Source of the DNA: Lytechinus pictus
Taxonomy: Eukaryota
DNA: 64,000 nucleotides
Direction of reading: 5' to 3'
NCBI RefSeq assembly: GCF_037042905.1
Contig: NC_087252.1
Location: 22,136,001 to 22,200,000, forward strand
Shown here: piece after piece, positions 1 to 14,445 of the stretch
How positions within the stretch are numbered: position 1 is the stretch's first letter
How the letters are laid out: every line of letters starts with the position of its first letter
Notes under the pieces: model-generated
Database searches by the model: none
Told to the model about the DNA's origin: nothing
What the model saw: the letters and a program-made list of their open reading frames with translations, nothing else
Program-made: the position numbers and the translations under genes

Positions 1-166
1 AGGGGGGTCACCCCTCCCATAATAGTGTTGGCATTATAATATTGATACATTATGTGATCGAGCTAAGTCAGTTTGTGGAGTAACAAGAACATAAAAATTA
101 GCATAATGTACGTTCATAGAAACATTGCTATTATCACCAACATCCTAAAAGATTTTTTTTTAAGTG

Positions 167-1623
167 CAGGGGTCAGCAAAGGCGGATCCAAGAGAAAAGG
201 ACAGCGCCCCCCCCCCCTTCCCCCTATTGGCGGCGCAATAAGAAAACTTCGGGACTCAAAAAAAAGAAAAAAGGAAAGGATCGATCGAGAGGGCAAAAAG
301 AAATAATGAAGACGGGTCACGAGTGAATAAAATGAGGGGGGGCGGTCGAAGACTTTGAAAAAGTAATCTTTCATGTCAATTTATAAAGGTTGATATGGAG
401 CTTAAAATATTCAATTTTAAGTCAGTACACAAACATATTCCATTTCAGACATAGAGCATTCATTATTTTGTCTGATATGCACTCGCATTATTTGAAACGT
501 GAACTAGGTCCTTCTTCGTGTATTCCATAAAGTTCTCAAGATGGTCTATTGTTCAGGTCTTATTGTAAAAAAATATCAACTAGCACTGCGAGCTCGTGTT
601 TTGGTTAGTGAGAATACTTCTGTATGAATTCCAAAATTTCGCGTTCTCATTCGGCCTGTCATTAAATTAAAAACTAGGTTAAAAAAATATATAGTAACAA
701 AATAGAGTATCCCGTTTTCTTAAATCTCACACTTTTTCCGCTCGTGCTTTGCGCTCGCCGCATCAATTATTGTTTAGTTGCATTATTTGTATTCCTTCGC
801 GCTCGCATTATTCATAAAGGAAGATAACCATCCTTTTCATAATTAAAAATATAATATTCAGTTTTTAGATCTCGATCTCAAACTTTTTCCGCTCGCATCA
901 ATAAATTGTTTAGTTATACTGCTATCTAAATCTTAAACTTTTGTCGGTGCCCTTTTAAAGATTAAAGTGCCCGAGAAAAAAAATGCAAAAAATTGATATT
1001 CGGACCTAAAAACTGGACATTCTAAGCACCTTTTTTATAATTATGAACATGATATAGGCAGATTGATGCGAGCGCAAAGTTTGAAATTTAAATCCCGAAA
1101 TAGGATAGGCCTATATACTCTAGTCATATTTTCATGAAAAGGATGGTTATTTTCCCACATGAATAATGCGCGAGGGCGAAGCTCGAGCTGAGATATTTTG
1201 AGATGCAGACCATGCATTAAAAAAAAATACAGAGCACTTAAAAATCAATTTGTAAATTACACAAAATAAATAAAAGCTCGATGTCCGAGCTGAATATGTT
1301 TTGTTTATCTCCATTTCAGCCTGTTGAGCAAGATATTATGTAGGCCTATCTCATAACAGGCAACGAGAGCGCGGAGCAAGAGCAAAAATTTTATATACTG
1401 TAGCTGCATGATCAAGATTTTTTTATTTTCAAAGTTTTCCCCTCACCTTATTTTCATTCACTCGTCTAGCTCCCTATTCTCATTTGCCTCTTTTTAAAAT
1501 CCTTTCCTTTCCCTTCCCTCCTTTCCTTTTTTTTTCTTTCTTTCCCCCTTTTTTTCGCGTCGCCATTGCAATGGGGGAGGGGCGGCCCCTTTACCACATG
1601 GATCTGCCTATGCTGGCCCCAGT
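167..1623. mobile_element. Degenerate TIR element with gcgagcgcgaagcgcgagc-type internal motifs
   Basis: caggggtcagcaaaggcggatcca vs tggatctgcctatgctggccccag; TSD not clear. Confidence 0.55.
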
Positions 1624-1762
1624 GGATTTTTATGACGATGTTTCTTTGACCGTACAATATAGATAATGTTGATTCTTGCCACGCCATTAAACTGACTACG
1701 AAGCTCGATCACACGTGGGAGAGGTGACCCGGCCCCGCCCCCGCTCTCCCCATATCGTCCAG

Positions 1763-2072
1763 GGGCCGATTGCACGAAAGGGTCTTTGCAAGGACCGTCT
1801 TTCGTGTCGCCCATTTTTTATGATGCGCCATGTGAAACGCATTTCAAATAAATTATCTGCAAACATATTTTATTCGTCCGTTAAAATAAACAAAATATTT
1901 GTGTATAAAATGATGTATAGCTCATGAAATTGTATAAAATTTGATTTAAAAGCAAGCTTACGAATTGTATTTGTTTATCATAAATTTCAGGAACACCCCG
2001 CTTATAGCGCATCATAAAAGATGGGCGACACGAAAGACGGTCCTTGGAAAGACCCTTTCGTGCAATCGGCCC
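1763..2072. mobile_element. Harbinger-type MITE
   Basis: TIR of about 66 bp starting GGGCCGATTGCACGAAAGGG; TSD CAG. Confidence 0.87.
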
Positions 2073-2261
2073 CAGCAAACTCACATAGCGATCATTCAAT
2101 GTGCTGTAATGTGAATATGTAATCACACCCCGGAGTCACAAAAGCCCTCAAAAGGCGGGGAAATCGAAATAAATGAATGAACAAATTTGGCATCCATATA
2201 TTAATCCAAACTCTATATACAGGTTCCCCGACAGGTTCGGCGAGGTGCTTATTAATAATAA

Positions 2262-2500
2262 TATTACGTACGTACGTAATAATACTACGTACGTACGTAA
2301 TAAATACTACGTACGTACGTAATAATTACTACGTACGTACGTAATAATTACTACGTACGTACGTAATAAATACTACGTACGTACGTAATAAATACTACGT
2401 ACGTACGTAATAATTACTACGTACGTACGTAATAATTACTACGTACGTACGTAATAATTACTACGTACGTACGTAATAATTCCACGTACGTACGTAATAT
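2262..2500. repeat. ~22-bp minisatellite of palindromic TACGTACGTACGTA units (about 11 copies)
   Basis: Read directly from the sequence. Confidence 0.92.
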
Positions 2501-3013
2501 TTTTTTTTTTTTCGTTGTCAAAAATGTCCGGTTTGGGGCTTCGTACGTAGGAACTCGGCATGACAGCATTTTTGCTGGTAAACGCCACTGAAGCTGGTAT
2601 TACTAATTACCTAGGTAACATTTTACGTCTAGGTTAAGCAGTCATAGCGGCGACCTTATAGACGACAGATATCACTCTCGGGCCTTTATATCAAAGTGAA
2701 GACAATGGCAGAATGGCGATTCGAACTTACAACCTTGCGATTATGTGTTCAATGCTCTGACCACTGGACCACACAGCAAATTACATATTTGTTATTTTTC
2801 GTCCGCTCTGAAACCTGCGACACTGCTGCTGTTCCGGTTCAACATTTTCCGACAAAGACTTCTTAGTTGTTCTTTGTCATTTTTTTCCATTGATAGGGTG
2901 GCTGTAAAAGAAACTGGCATGTTGTCCACGTCAAGTTAAGTCAGAGTCTGTCAAAACAAAATGAGAAACAAACCTAAATGAACACAATTACGGGACAGTT
3001 CATTGATATAGGT

Positions 3014-3481
3014 CAGCACTTCTCAACCTTTTTTTTACTCGAGGACCACTTTGACTCTCAAATTATTTCGTGTCCCACCTACCAAATTTTACGAAAACGA
3101 CCATTTTGATGAAAAAAAGGTTTCATGAAATTTGAACACAAAGCTCTGAAACACATCCGAAACAAACAGTTTGAGAAATAATCTACATCCGGTAAATAAA
3201 AATGGGCAACAATTAACTACATACAAAATATGCATGATCATGAGGTTCACATCAAACTTAGATCGAAACCATCATAGTGTACATGTGCATGCTTTGCAAC
3301 ATGCATGATACCTAAGCGTGCTTTAGTTTTGTTTGACCCACATAGACTGATATCGGACATACATGTACCATGTTCGGACAGGTCGATGAAACATACAAGT
3401 TTTCTCCTATTTTTTCTCCCTTTGGAGCTTCTCGCGGCATACCTGAGAGACAGTTCGCGGCCCACCGTTTGAGAAGCGCTG
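3014..3481. mobile_element. hAT (Charlie-like) MITE
   Basis: CAGCACTTCTCAA / TTGAGAAGCGCTG; TSD atataggt/atttaggt. Confidence 0.75.
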
Positions 3482-3964
3482 ATTTAGGTGATAACGCCAA
3501 ATAGATTAATGAAGTAGAAAGCTAACTTGTTATTCGTTTAAAAAATATCGCCCAATGTCGATTCGGAATGTGATAAATATTGAATGTTATTGAATGTGAA
3601 TAGTACAAGAAAGCTAACGAATTTTGAACCAAAACAAATAAAAAACAAACTAATTTTCGTCTTGTAATAATTTAAGAAAATAATGATAATAATAATAGTT
3701 CTTATAGACGAATATGATATAAATATGGTAGGCCTATTGACACACATTTGAATATGTCGAGGTTTCTTATTGTTCCATCGTGTTGGCGCCATTTTCCCAA
3801 AAGCTCTATCACCAAAGTTCCTTAATTGTAGAGAGAAGATCCCTTAATAGTGAACGAAGATTATTTAATGTGACCAAATTCCCTGAGAAACTAAATCGGC
3901 AGAACAGCAATAACAATCAAAGCCATCCACTGTGGTTGCTATTAATAGGGTCTACTGCGAGGTA

Positions 3965-5024
3965 TCAAAATCCAAAAGAAATAAACCTGTTCCAGTTTTC
4001 AGTCTTGGCTCGTTTAACCATCTCACTTCGCAAGAGCTTCGTATACTGAATGTCGTTACGTAGTAGATCTTCACAGTATTTTGACGAGTTTGATTTCAGC
4101 ATGTATTCTTCAACTCTTTTATCCTTTAAGTTCCTCTTATCAGGGTCTGTGCAATTATCCGTCACGTTCCGTAACATGGCCCGTAGATGGGCGAGATCGT
4201 CGGAAAATGACGGACCGTACGCGCGAACCTTCTCCCAGAAAGTGCGATTGAAATGATGGTAAAGCATCACATCGCCGGCGTTCCATTTCTTGATCTTCTC
4301 TTCGATCGTTATATCGATGGAATAACGATGCGACTTGCTCCGAACCCCAAGCTTGATGTAAAGAACATCTTCGAAATCCCAACACATCAACTTCTTGAGA
4401 AGAATCATAGACTCGTCATAGTATTCGCTCAGCATCACAAGATGCATCTCACTTGCCAACTGGTCAATTTTGTCCTTGACCACCGTCATGTTCCCGTGGT
4501 ATTTATGGTCCAGGCCGAAATCGAACAGCTGTCCGTTTTTTAGTGCGAACCTCAAATTCGGTTTTCGGGGCAGATACTTCATGGGATCCGTGATAAAGGT
4601 GACGAATGGCTGCTTAGTTCGGATCCCGAGTTGTTTTGCCATTTCGAAGTATCCGAATGCAGATTCGAGTTGGTTAACCGGATTTCGAATGATGGATATG
4701 TACTTGGCGTTCGGGACCGCAATATCCATTTCTTTCTTATTAAACCGAGCGTGGTTCACCAGGAAGTCGTAGTCCTTACGTTTTCTACGAGGAACCTTGA
4801 AAACCATGGTATGATCAAATAGTTCCATTCGAGAGAAGTAATGAAGGCTTTTATCCATAGCGAAGCTAAGGTTCCGCCTGTAGCCGAATCTTTCGAGAAG
4901 CGATGCAGTAGTCGTCGAACCGGTTTTGTGAGTCTTGATAAACACAACTCGCCACTTTGGTATGCATGTCGAGTAGAAAGCCGGAACCGGTCCGCGGCGA
5001 AGGCGCCACGAATTATTTGTCGAT
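3965..5024 (-). CDS. GAL3ST: Galactose-3-O-sulfotransferase (cerebroside sulfotransferase family), coding exon 2, catalytic domain
   Basis: ORF contains the 5'-PSB motif VFIKTHKTGSTT, the 3'-PB motif YISIIRNPVNQLESAFGYF, and family motifs NGQLFDFGL, LVMLSEYYDESMILLKKLMCW and WNAGDVMLYHHFNRTFW. The frame stays open up to an acceptor ttttcag| at 5024 (phase 2). The specific paralog cannot be assigned. Confidence 0.93.
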
Positions 5025-5862
5025 CTGAAAAAAGATAAAACGAGGCAAATTAATGATCCCGTTGCTGTAAGTTACAAGATGCAGGCAAGAAGAAAAATAG
5101 TAATACAACAACGATAATGATAATAACAATTATTTCACATCAAACAGAACGCATTATTTTGTACTTTTCCATTGTGTCCCATAAGTTCCCCTTAAGGTAG
5201 ATTCGGTTCCCTTTAACGTAATCTAGCTGCCCATGCGCTTTAGTTGACTAAAGTGACTTAGCCTTTGTTCTCCTGGGCTTATTCCAAACTGTAGACTCCT
5301 TATTGTATATCATGAGGGCATGTAATAACAATAATAATGATAATAATATTAAGTATAATAATGATAATAAAATTAATAACAATAATGAAAATAATAGTAA
5401 TAATAATAATAATGATACTACTAATAATAGCACTACTACTACACTACAATGATAAAAGAATTAAAGATAAATGATAATTGCAATGATAATTATACTAATA
5501 ATCATGTTGACGATAATTATAACGACGGTAATGGTGATTATGACATAGTAAAAAAATAATAATAAAACGTTCTAAAAATATTAAGGGTCGGACTAACTTG
5601 GAAATTACAGATTCGTTAGGCCTCACTTAGTAAAATGGCCCGCAACCTTAAATTTACATTTCACCTTATTCTGGGTCACATTCTTTAACCCGGAACAGAC
5701 TGCCAAAAATGGAATGCCTGCTATAGCAGTGGTGTCGCTAGGGCAACGGGGGGGGGGGGGGAGTATAAGGACTAAACTTCCCGGCAAACCTTTAGATGGC
5801 GGACGATTAAATACGCAGCCATGTTTAGTGTCATACACTCCACTCCACACGTTCTTGCCCAA

Positions 5863-5994
5863 AAATGTCCCAATATATTAAAGTGTGCTATAGATCCATT
5901 TGGGCATTGTTTGAATATAGATTCCATGGCAAGGAATTTAAATCAAACAATGCCCAAATGGATCTATAGCATAATTTAATATATTGGGACATTT
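5863..5994. repeat. Short hairpin element (about 52-bp arms)
   Basis: aaatgtcccaatatattaaa...gctatagatccatttgggcattgtttga and its reverse complement, separated by about 28 bp. Confidence 0.85.
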
Positions 5995-6072
5995 AAAAAA
6001 AAATCCATATTCATGCGAAAGAGCTGGCGAGTGAAAATGACATTGTTTCTATAATAAAAGGGGCATTCTCTT

Positions 6073-6107
<35 letters not shown>

Positions 6108-6766
6108 AATTTTCAAATTAGATTATGAGAACACAATGTGCAAACTTATAGTGAAAAAAAAAACTGTATATGTATGTATGTATATATGAACAAACCCGAA
6201 AACGACATTTTCAAGTGCTTTTTGGAAAATGCTTCTTTACAACCAGCTAGAATACATTCAGATCTCCTAAAACAATAATGCGAGGATGAAGCCCAAACTG
6301 GGAATTGTTTGGTATAATAAAACACATAATTTTGAGCAATGTTTGCAATCTTGATCCCATCCTCCGTTTATGCCATGAATGAGGATGTAGTTGTTTACTC
6401 TTATTCAACAAACCAACGCTATTTCTTATCTCATTAACATGGCCCTAAATCACAATCTATAAAAAAAAAAACCGAATAGCTACGAAGAGCTAAATAATTT
6501 AGCTCTCAAAGAGAGTGTAGAGTAACTGCAATTCGGAGTGCTGATTTTTCTCGTTCAAATTTGAACTATACAAATCAGCACTCCGAAGTGCAGTCACTAA
6601 ACACGCTAAATTAGCTCTTCGTTTTTTTAGAGTGCACTGTGATTGCGTCGGTTTTCTACTTCTGTCTTCAAAGGGAGTTGAGTAAATTTGCGGAGGTTGG
6701 CAAAAATCTGAGAAATACATAGGGGGATGGCCCTGGGAAGCGGGATACTGCGTAATACACTATGCA

Positions 6767-7020
6767 CACTAGCGTAACTACGGGGGGGGGGGGGGGGGGG
6801 GCAGTCTGTCCCCCCTGACGAGCCACAACCCATGCAAAGGACGTATCCCTGCCCCCTGACGAGCTTGAAAGACCCCCCCCCCTGACGAGCTTGAAGACCT
6901 TTATTGCCCCCCCCCCTGACAAGCTTGAAGACCTTATTTTTTTTATTTATTTTTTTTGCTTGTCAAATTTTTTGGCGGACGGTTTTGCTCCCCCTGTGGA
7001 AAATCCTAGGTACGCCACTG
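6767..7020. mobile_element. hAT-type MITE
   Basis: CACTAGCGTA / TACGCCACTG ends; perfect 8-bp TSD ACTATGCA. Confidence 0.85.
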
Positions 7021-7419
7021 ACTATGCATAGGCAGCGCCTCCTGGAAATTAATATGCTACAATGCAGGAATCTTTACAGAAATGACCATTAATTTTGAGC
7101 GAAAACCTTTTTTCCCCTTCTCAATTCCTTTCAAAACCAGTACCTCTCGTCAAAAATCGTTCCCAGGTCCATAATGTCATGAATGTGGAGGACCTACATG
7201 CTGTTGTACATGCAATGTTTCGAAAGTGTGCCCTTAGATCAGAACGGGGTCTGGCGTTGTTTCTGTTTCGGTTTTGTTCCCCATGGACCTGGGAACGACT
7301 AAAAAGGTCTTCGCTCCAAAATGAACGTTATTTGGGTGCAATTCCTACATTTTAGTCTACGTACCTATAAGGGCGGAGCTTTCGCCAATAAGGGGAGGGG
7401 GTGAAAATTTTTCACCCAT

Positions 7420-7674
<255 letters not shown>

Positions 7675-8348
7675 ATTATGTATAGGTCTATTCTTTAGAA
7701 CAAACATTTTAAATATATAATAATCTCATATAAGCCCTATTTGAATAGTGCGAGCGCGAAGCGCGAGCTGAATTTTTTTTGACGTTATGACCTTAAAATG
7801 GATTTCTAAGCAATTTTTTTAATAATCATGAACAGGATAGGTATATAACTCAATGATTGCTGCGAACGCGAAGCGCGAGCGGAAAATACAGATTTTGAGC
7901 GAAAAACGGGACACTCTATTTATGCTTTTTAGATCATGAAAACTGGGCAATTGGGTATCTTCCTACATACAGAATGCGAGCGGGAAGCACAAGCAGACTT
8001 TTTTATATTCTGATCTGAAACTGGATAATTCAAGCACGTTTTAAATAAAGAACAAGCTGCGTATGTCAATAAACCTGCGTGCGCGTGTTCTCGGTTTAGA
8101 TCTAGAATATGGGCATTCTAAATACATTTTTTATAATGAAAATCAATAATGCGAGGCAGAACGAAGCGCAAGCTGAAAATATTTGAAATTCCGATCTGAA
8201 AAAGGGTTAATTTAAACACTATTTCAAGCACTGTGTAGGAAAGTTGATTGCACTTAAGAAATTATGCGAGCGCGAAGTGCGAGGTGATATCTTTTAACTA
8301 ATATTTTGACCTATAAATGAGCACCGTAGTTTTGCAGTGCATAATTAA

Positions 8349-8944
8349 AGGGGAATCCAACCCAAATAAAAACTTGTTTTTATAGGGAAAAGAAAAATCA
8401 GACAAGTTGATAGGTGAAAGTTTGAACAATATTGGACAAACAACAAGAAAGTAATGAATTTTTAAAATTGTAAATATTGGTAATCACTATACCCAATGGA
8501 GACTTGAAATTGGACGCATATGGGATGTCATAGTGATGTAAGGCAAGGACTACTCTTCCATGTACTCCAATACATATTTTGGCTAAAATGTCATTTTTCC
8601 CAAAAGTTTTATTTCAAATTATATTTTTTCTTTCATGAGGACATAAAACAATATACTACCTGGGTTATATTTAGATTACTGCCCCAGGGGAATGGGTACT
8701 TAGGAGAAAACAACAAATCCCTGATAATAAAGTACATGGCCCATGGGAAAGTTGTCCTTGCCCCTTGTCATAATTTACTCACTCAGTTGCCAATTTGAAA
8801 TCTACATAGTATTAGTGATCTCAATTTTAAAGCAGCTATAACTTTCTTATTGCTTGTCCGATTTCTTTCAAACTTTCACCATTCTGTTTAATTTATTTTT
8901 CTCCTTCCCAACACAACATTTTATGGCCAAGGCTGGATTCCCCT
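8349..8944. mobile_element. Kolobok-type MITE
   Basis: AGGGGAATCCA / TGGATTCCCCT ends with TTAA on both sides; a partial copy is at about 53620-53820. Confidence 0.82.
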
Positions 8945-8957
8945 TTAAGCTCCTCAC

Positions 8958-9097
8958 CTGGCGGAACGACGCATCATCAAATCATCCCCAAGCTGGCTAT
9001 CAAGGTGCATGCAAATCAGAGTAACAGCCAAGCACATCAAGAGCGATACCGATTTCACCAAGGCCAGTCTCCTTGAAGAAAGACCACCGGTACTCAT
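8958..9097 (-). CDS. GAL3ST: Galactose-3-O-sulfotransferase coding exon 1 (type II membrane anchor)
   Basis: ATG at 9097 gives MSTGGLSSRRLALVKSVSLLMCLAVTLICMHLDSQLGDDLMMRRSA. It ends AG|gtgagg in phase 2, matching exon 2, for a joined product of 399 aa. A short basic tail plus hydrophobic segment is typical of Golgi sulfotransferases. Confidence 0.82.
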
Positions 9098-10740
9098 CGT
9101 GGAAACACACTCTAAGTTTAGAAATCAACGGATATATAGGCCTACTGGAGATGTTTTAAAATAATGTTCCCGCGCATGCTCTTCTGTGTTTCAAAAAGTC
9201 ATTATATCGGCGAGCGGTTACGCCGTAAACGTAATGATTCATAAGACCATTACATGTATTATGCAATCCGTTGCAGTAGTATAATGTCGTTTGAGAATTC
9301 GAGTAGTTTGTGCATCTTAAATGTTAATCATCTACCCGGCGAAACAATATGCATGACTGGCTTCCAGATGATGTTTACCCGATAGTTACGGCTGATTCGA
9401 AGAGTAAACATTTCTTGATAGGCTTATACGTCGGGTCCTGAGAAGAATTTATATACAATTTATAAGCACTAATGCACGTACAAGCCGACTCCACACGCAC
9501 CTACTCACAACACACACCCACAGACCCACCCCACACCCTCATGCACGCACACCCTCACACACACACACCCACTTAAAAAAAATCATTATGGATTTCATTC
9601 GAAATCAATTACGTCCCCACACACCCTCACCTACCAAGCCACAGATACACACACCCACGCACACCCTCACACTCACGCACACCCTCACACTCTCACAGAC
9701 GCACCCATCATACACACACGCACACACCCTCTCATACACACTCACACACACACACACACACACACCTTTCATGTCTCAATGTATTATCACAAAGGAAAAT
9801 TCTCCCTGAGCCAAATACATCAATCATATATCAACCCTTTCAGTCACGAATGGGACTTGTTTCCATAAAACTTTTTGTAATACAAAAATTAAAATAATAG
9901 TTAGGCTACGGATATCATTTGATTTGATCGGCTGATAGTGAAATGTTGTTATTAACGTTTTATGTCCGTGGAATTTATGCTCTATTTATGCTCAGTTACA
10001 CGAAAGAAACCCGAATCCACATTTTTCGCCGGTATAACCGCGCCAGTAATGGCAATAATGTTTCCGACTTCATATATTAAGCAGGCACCATTTTGCCTTA
10101 TTAACGGACACATGTACATCCGCCCCAACAAAAAGCTGATTTGAATAAAAAGAGAAAAATCCATCAAGCATGATATTGGACATTTCAAATGGGAATTAGA
10201 CTAAATGGGTAGTGCACCGGCCAATTCCAAACTGGAATCATACCTATTTGATAGTCCACCAAATGGTGTAGGATTTCTGGTAAGCGGGGGGTGCTTGGGG
10301 CGCAGCACCCCAAAGATTTACTGCGCGTGTGAGTGTGTGTGTGTGTGTGTGGGGGGGGGGGGGGTTGCTGCGTGTATTACTCCCCATACGCAGCACCCCT
10401 GAAAACCTTGTCGGTAGAAAATCAAGCAGAAATGTAACCAAACTAATCCCCTCATTTTGTAGGGCAACCCAGGGCCCTTGACATAAGTTGTTAAACTAAG
10501 AATTAGACCAATTGCTTTTAGACCATGTGAATATAAACCAAGAAGACTATTGGATCCTGCAACATGTTGCTTTTTTATTTAGCTTGAATTATAATATGGA
10601 AGAAAGTCCACAGAAGGAGGGTATTTCTCTCTCAACTCTCCGATTAGAAAACTCTGAAACGTAAAAAAATGAGCAGGGAATAACAAAGCTAGGTGTGGGT
10701 TGCTAAATTCCAAAGGGCTTCATTTAATTTTGCTGACAGG

Positions 10741-10905
10741 CGGTGGCGTACTAAACCCAAAATTTGGAGGTGGCTGGACATGGCTTACCGGGCCGCAAAA
10801 CTTTTTACTACAGAGGTCGAATTTTGTGATAGATTGTTGATAAAATATTCAGAAAATTATAATATATTTCACCATTCCCCCTTCCCTTCTCTTTTTTTCT
10901 TGGTC

Positions 10906-10940
<35 letters not shown>

Positions 10941-10989
10941 GGGGGGGCAAGCGCCCCAAGCCCCCCCCTCACCCATCGGTACGCCACTG
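10741..10989. mobile_element. hAT-type MITE
   Basis: CGGTGGCGTAC / GTACGCCACTG; TSD ctgacagg/atgacagg. Confidence 0.75.
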
Positions 10990-13684
10990 ATGACAGGGAA
11001 ACGGAAGACTGGTACATGACTGATTGTCGGCAAAGCTCAATCTTTTTTCACCTGTGCATGTGGGGTTCACCTCCCGAATCCTTTTGAAATATATTGATAG
11101 ACATCATCGGAGTACTAATATGTACATATTAGTTTTATAACATGTCATGTTATTGTTTTTTTTTATGTTTTTATATTCACGTTTTATTTCTTTAATGATT
11201 GAAATAAATTATAACGAATTTGCTTAGGAATAGAAGGCTTCTATATATTTGTTGTTTCAATATGTTGTTTGAGTTTCATTGTTTTTTAAGAGGGAGTAAT
11301 AGATATCAAATTCTTGATACACTAAAAAAATTCTAAAATAAGACACTGGATTAACATTTAACAAAATCGTCCATTTAATAGTCGAGAAACACTTTCTCTT
11401 TCATTGTCAAAAAGTTACCATAATGTCGAAGCTGCTCTGGGTAACTGAAATCTACAGTATACAAATAATATGGATGAGCATGTGACCAGTCACCCCCGAC
11501 CCGACAATAACTCTCAGAAAATAGCCAAAATAGTAATTTGGTCTTTAAAAAAGCAAAAATAAAAAAAAAGTTTTTTTCTGAAAGAGTAATTATTCTTCAT
11601 GCTATCAACATATGAAGTTCATAAGTTGAATAAACGACAAGATACAAGAGTTTCTTTAGCACCAAATTTTGCTGTGGATGCTTGGAAGTTTCACAGAAAT
11701 TGCACAGTGTGTACGTCTCATGCATGAAGCTCTCGCTGGTTTTGTGAGGGCTAATGATGATCAAATTTGACGAGTTATATTTAAAGCTGCAGGACGTGCT
11801 TTTTCAGGCTCAATGAAAAATTAAAAATTCATTTTGAGCGACTTATTGTTGGTTTTGGTGTGGTTGGTCACAATACACGTTGGTATAATCGAGATAACAG
11901 TAATGGCGGTAATATGAATATAAACATAAGTAATAACAACAACAATATTGATATTAATGATAATGAAACAAGCACAGACATAGTTATGAAAATCATTAGA
12001 ATAATGGTAATAAGGATAATAATAACTATGATAATACTACTACTACTAATGATAATAGTAATAATAGTAATAACTAGAACGATGACAGTGATTTAAAATA
12101 TAATCTAAAGATAATGAATATGATAACAATAGTCATGATTGTGATGGTATACATTTTGTGACGGTCTGTAGTAGTTCATTTTATTGCCAATCTACCATTG
12201 AGGCCGAAATGTTGCTACCCTATGTGTATGAACCAATCAACACATTTATTTATGATATACTGGGTGTATCAAAGAGAGAGGGGGGGGGGGGAGTGGGGGG
12301 GGGGGGAATGTTTATATATTATATATTACTTGGATAGTGAAGCCTATGTAATGTGAAGAACTACGTCTTGGATTCTACAGCAGGAAGATGTAAGGGGAAG
12401 TCCTCCAACTTTTTTTTTTTAATTTAACTGAAGAGGAAAACAAATAAAACAAGTATTACAGTGAACATTTCATATTCATTATATATTTTTAATTTGTATG
12501 TATTATTGAGAATGACATAGGACTTTGTTATCTTTGATTATGTATCATTACTTCGATTGTATTTTGTAATAAAATTTCATATCACAAATCTTAAAATCGG
12601 ATGTAGAATAATAAATGGCAATTTGAATTTCGATTTATTTCACAAAATAGTGATACTTGGCTCCGTAACACAAGGGGTTTCCAATCAATTGCTAAATACC
12701 AACGACCAATCAAGATCATCATTACATGCGTACTCTGTTTAACATACTGACCGGGAGCCAATCAGTGCAGTTCTTTCATATTTGAAATTCATCGCAAACC
12801 TCTGTGTTACGGAGCCAAGTTTAATATGCAAATGAGGAAAATCATGAAGTCATCCAATCACTACTTTCTTTCTGTATTTTAATGCGTGAAATAAAAAACA
12901 CATTTCAATTTTTCCTCATTATAAAGTGGAACAAGATTTAATTCCCCCATGTCCTCCCTGAACATGTGGAGTAACATTATTGAAATATTTTTTTGCAAAC
13001 ATAGTGTGTGTGTGTTACATCATTGGTTACCTCATTTGCATATTGCCCGTATTGCGCATATATTACAGTTTCGTAAATTAAGCAAACCTTAAACTTGCTT
13101 ATTTTTTTTTTATACGATTGCGATTAAACTTTCATCATTAAGCTTTGTTCAGGGATTTCATTTTTATGACATTTGTGGGAAATTTGCATTTTGTATTCTT
13201 GTGACAAATGATATCATCATAAACAAACTTATTTAATGGAATAAGTGGACTTCTCCTATGAAAGATGCATCTTACATTTTTTAAAGAAAGAGATTCTTAG
13301 ATAAAGACAAATTATAAACAAACAAACAAGAACAAACAAAGAACCCAACCCTTACTGATTTTTGAGCAATGACAACTGTTACTTCAATACTTTCATGCAA
13401 TCCTTTCTTTCTCATGCCACAGTGGATACTGGTTATTTTCTATGGCTATTACTTCATAATAATATTATGTCACTAATCTGTTATTTTCTCTGGTGATTAT
13501 GTGATGGAGAAATCGTTGAAATTGCTTGTAAAAATGATCAGCAAATCTGAAGCACTTGCATTCAGAGTGTAACACCAACGCTAATATTGATGAAGTAATA
13601 ATCGAGAAGAACTATTTTATAGCACCCTTTTCATTGGACATCATGCGAATTCTTGACCACACCGAGTGTGGCCTGGAGAAACGG

Positions 13685-13777
13685 CTACTCCGCTACGCAG
13701 CTGATAAACTGGCAAGATTCAACAGGACCAAATAAGGATCCTATGGTCTCGATGATCTGACGCAGGTCCTTTATACA
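13685..13777 (-). CDS. Saposin precursor exon 9 (SapB-2 C-terminus, stop)
   Basis: tatttcag|CIKDLRQIIETIGSLFGPVESCQFISCVAE*; frame supported by synonymous changes versus the paralog. Confidence 0.86.
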   Translation of the reverse strand, partial: CIKDLRQIIETIGSLFGPVESCQFISCVAE

Positions 13778-13862
13778 CTGAAATAAAAATCAAGAAAAAA
13801 TTGATAAAGTCACAGGAGTTACAGGAGAATCAAGTTTAACATTCTAAAAGCAAACGACTAAT

Positions 13863-14445
13863 TTTTGTCTCACCTGCATAGCAGAGTGAGACTATAGGCG
13901 CCGCTTTTCCGACGGCGGCGGCGTCAACACCAAATCTTAACCTGAGGTTAAGTTTTTGAAATGACAGCATAACTTAGAAAGTATACGGACCTAGTTTATG
14001 AAACTTGGCCATAATGTTAATGAAGTATTACTGAACATCCTGTGCAAGTTTCATGTCACATGACCAAGGTCAGAGGTCATTTAGGGTCAATGAACTTAGA
14101 CCATGTTGGGTATTTGTTGAATTACCATCATAACTTTGAAAGTTTATGGATCTGATTCATGAAACTGGGACATAATAGTAATCAAGTATTACTGAACATC
14201 CTGTGCGAGTTTCAGGTCACATGATCAAGGTCAAAGATCATGTAATGTCAATGAACTTTGGCCACGTGGGGGTTATTTGTTGAATTACCATCATAAGTGT
14301 ATTGGTCTAGTTCATAAAACGTTTAAATAAGAGTAACCAAGTATCACTGTACATCTTGTGCGAGTTATAGTAGTTTTCAAAATCAGCACTGCTGCTATAT
14401 TAAATCGCGTGATGCAGGTGAGACCGCCAGAGGCATTCCACTTGT
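13863..14445. mobile_element. Helentron-associated (DINE-1/HINE-like) non-autonomous element
   Basis: 5' T-run, subTIR gtctcacctgca, short inverted repeat, (GGC)n microsatellite, internal ~155 bp tandem core, and 3' subTIR tgcaggtgagac. Absent from the paralogous intron (about 56100), with no obvious TSD. Confidence 0.7.
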
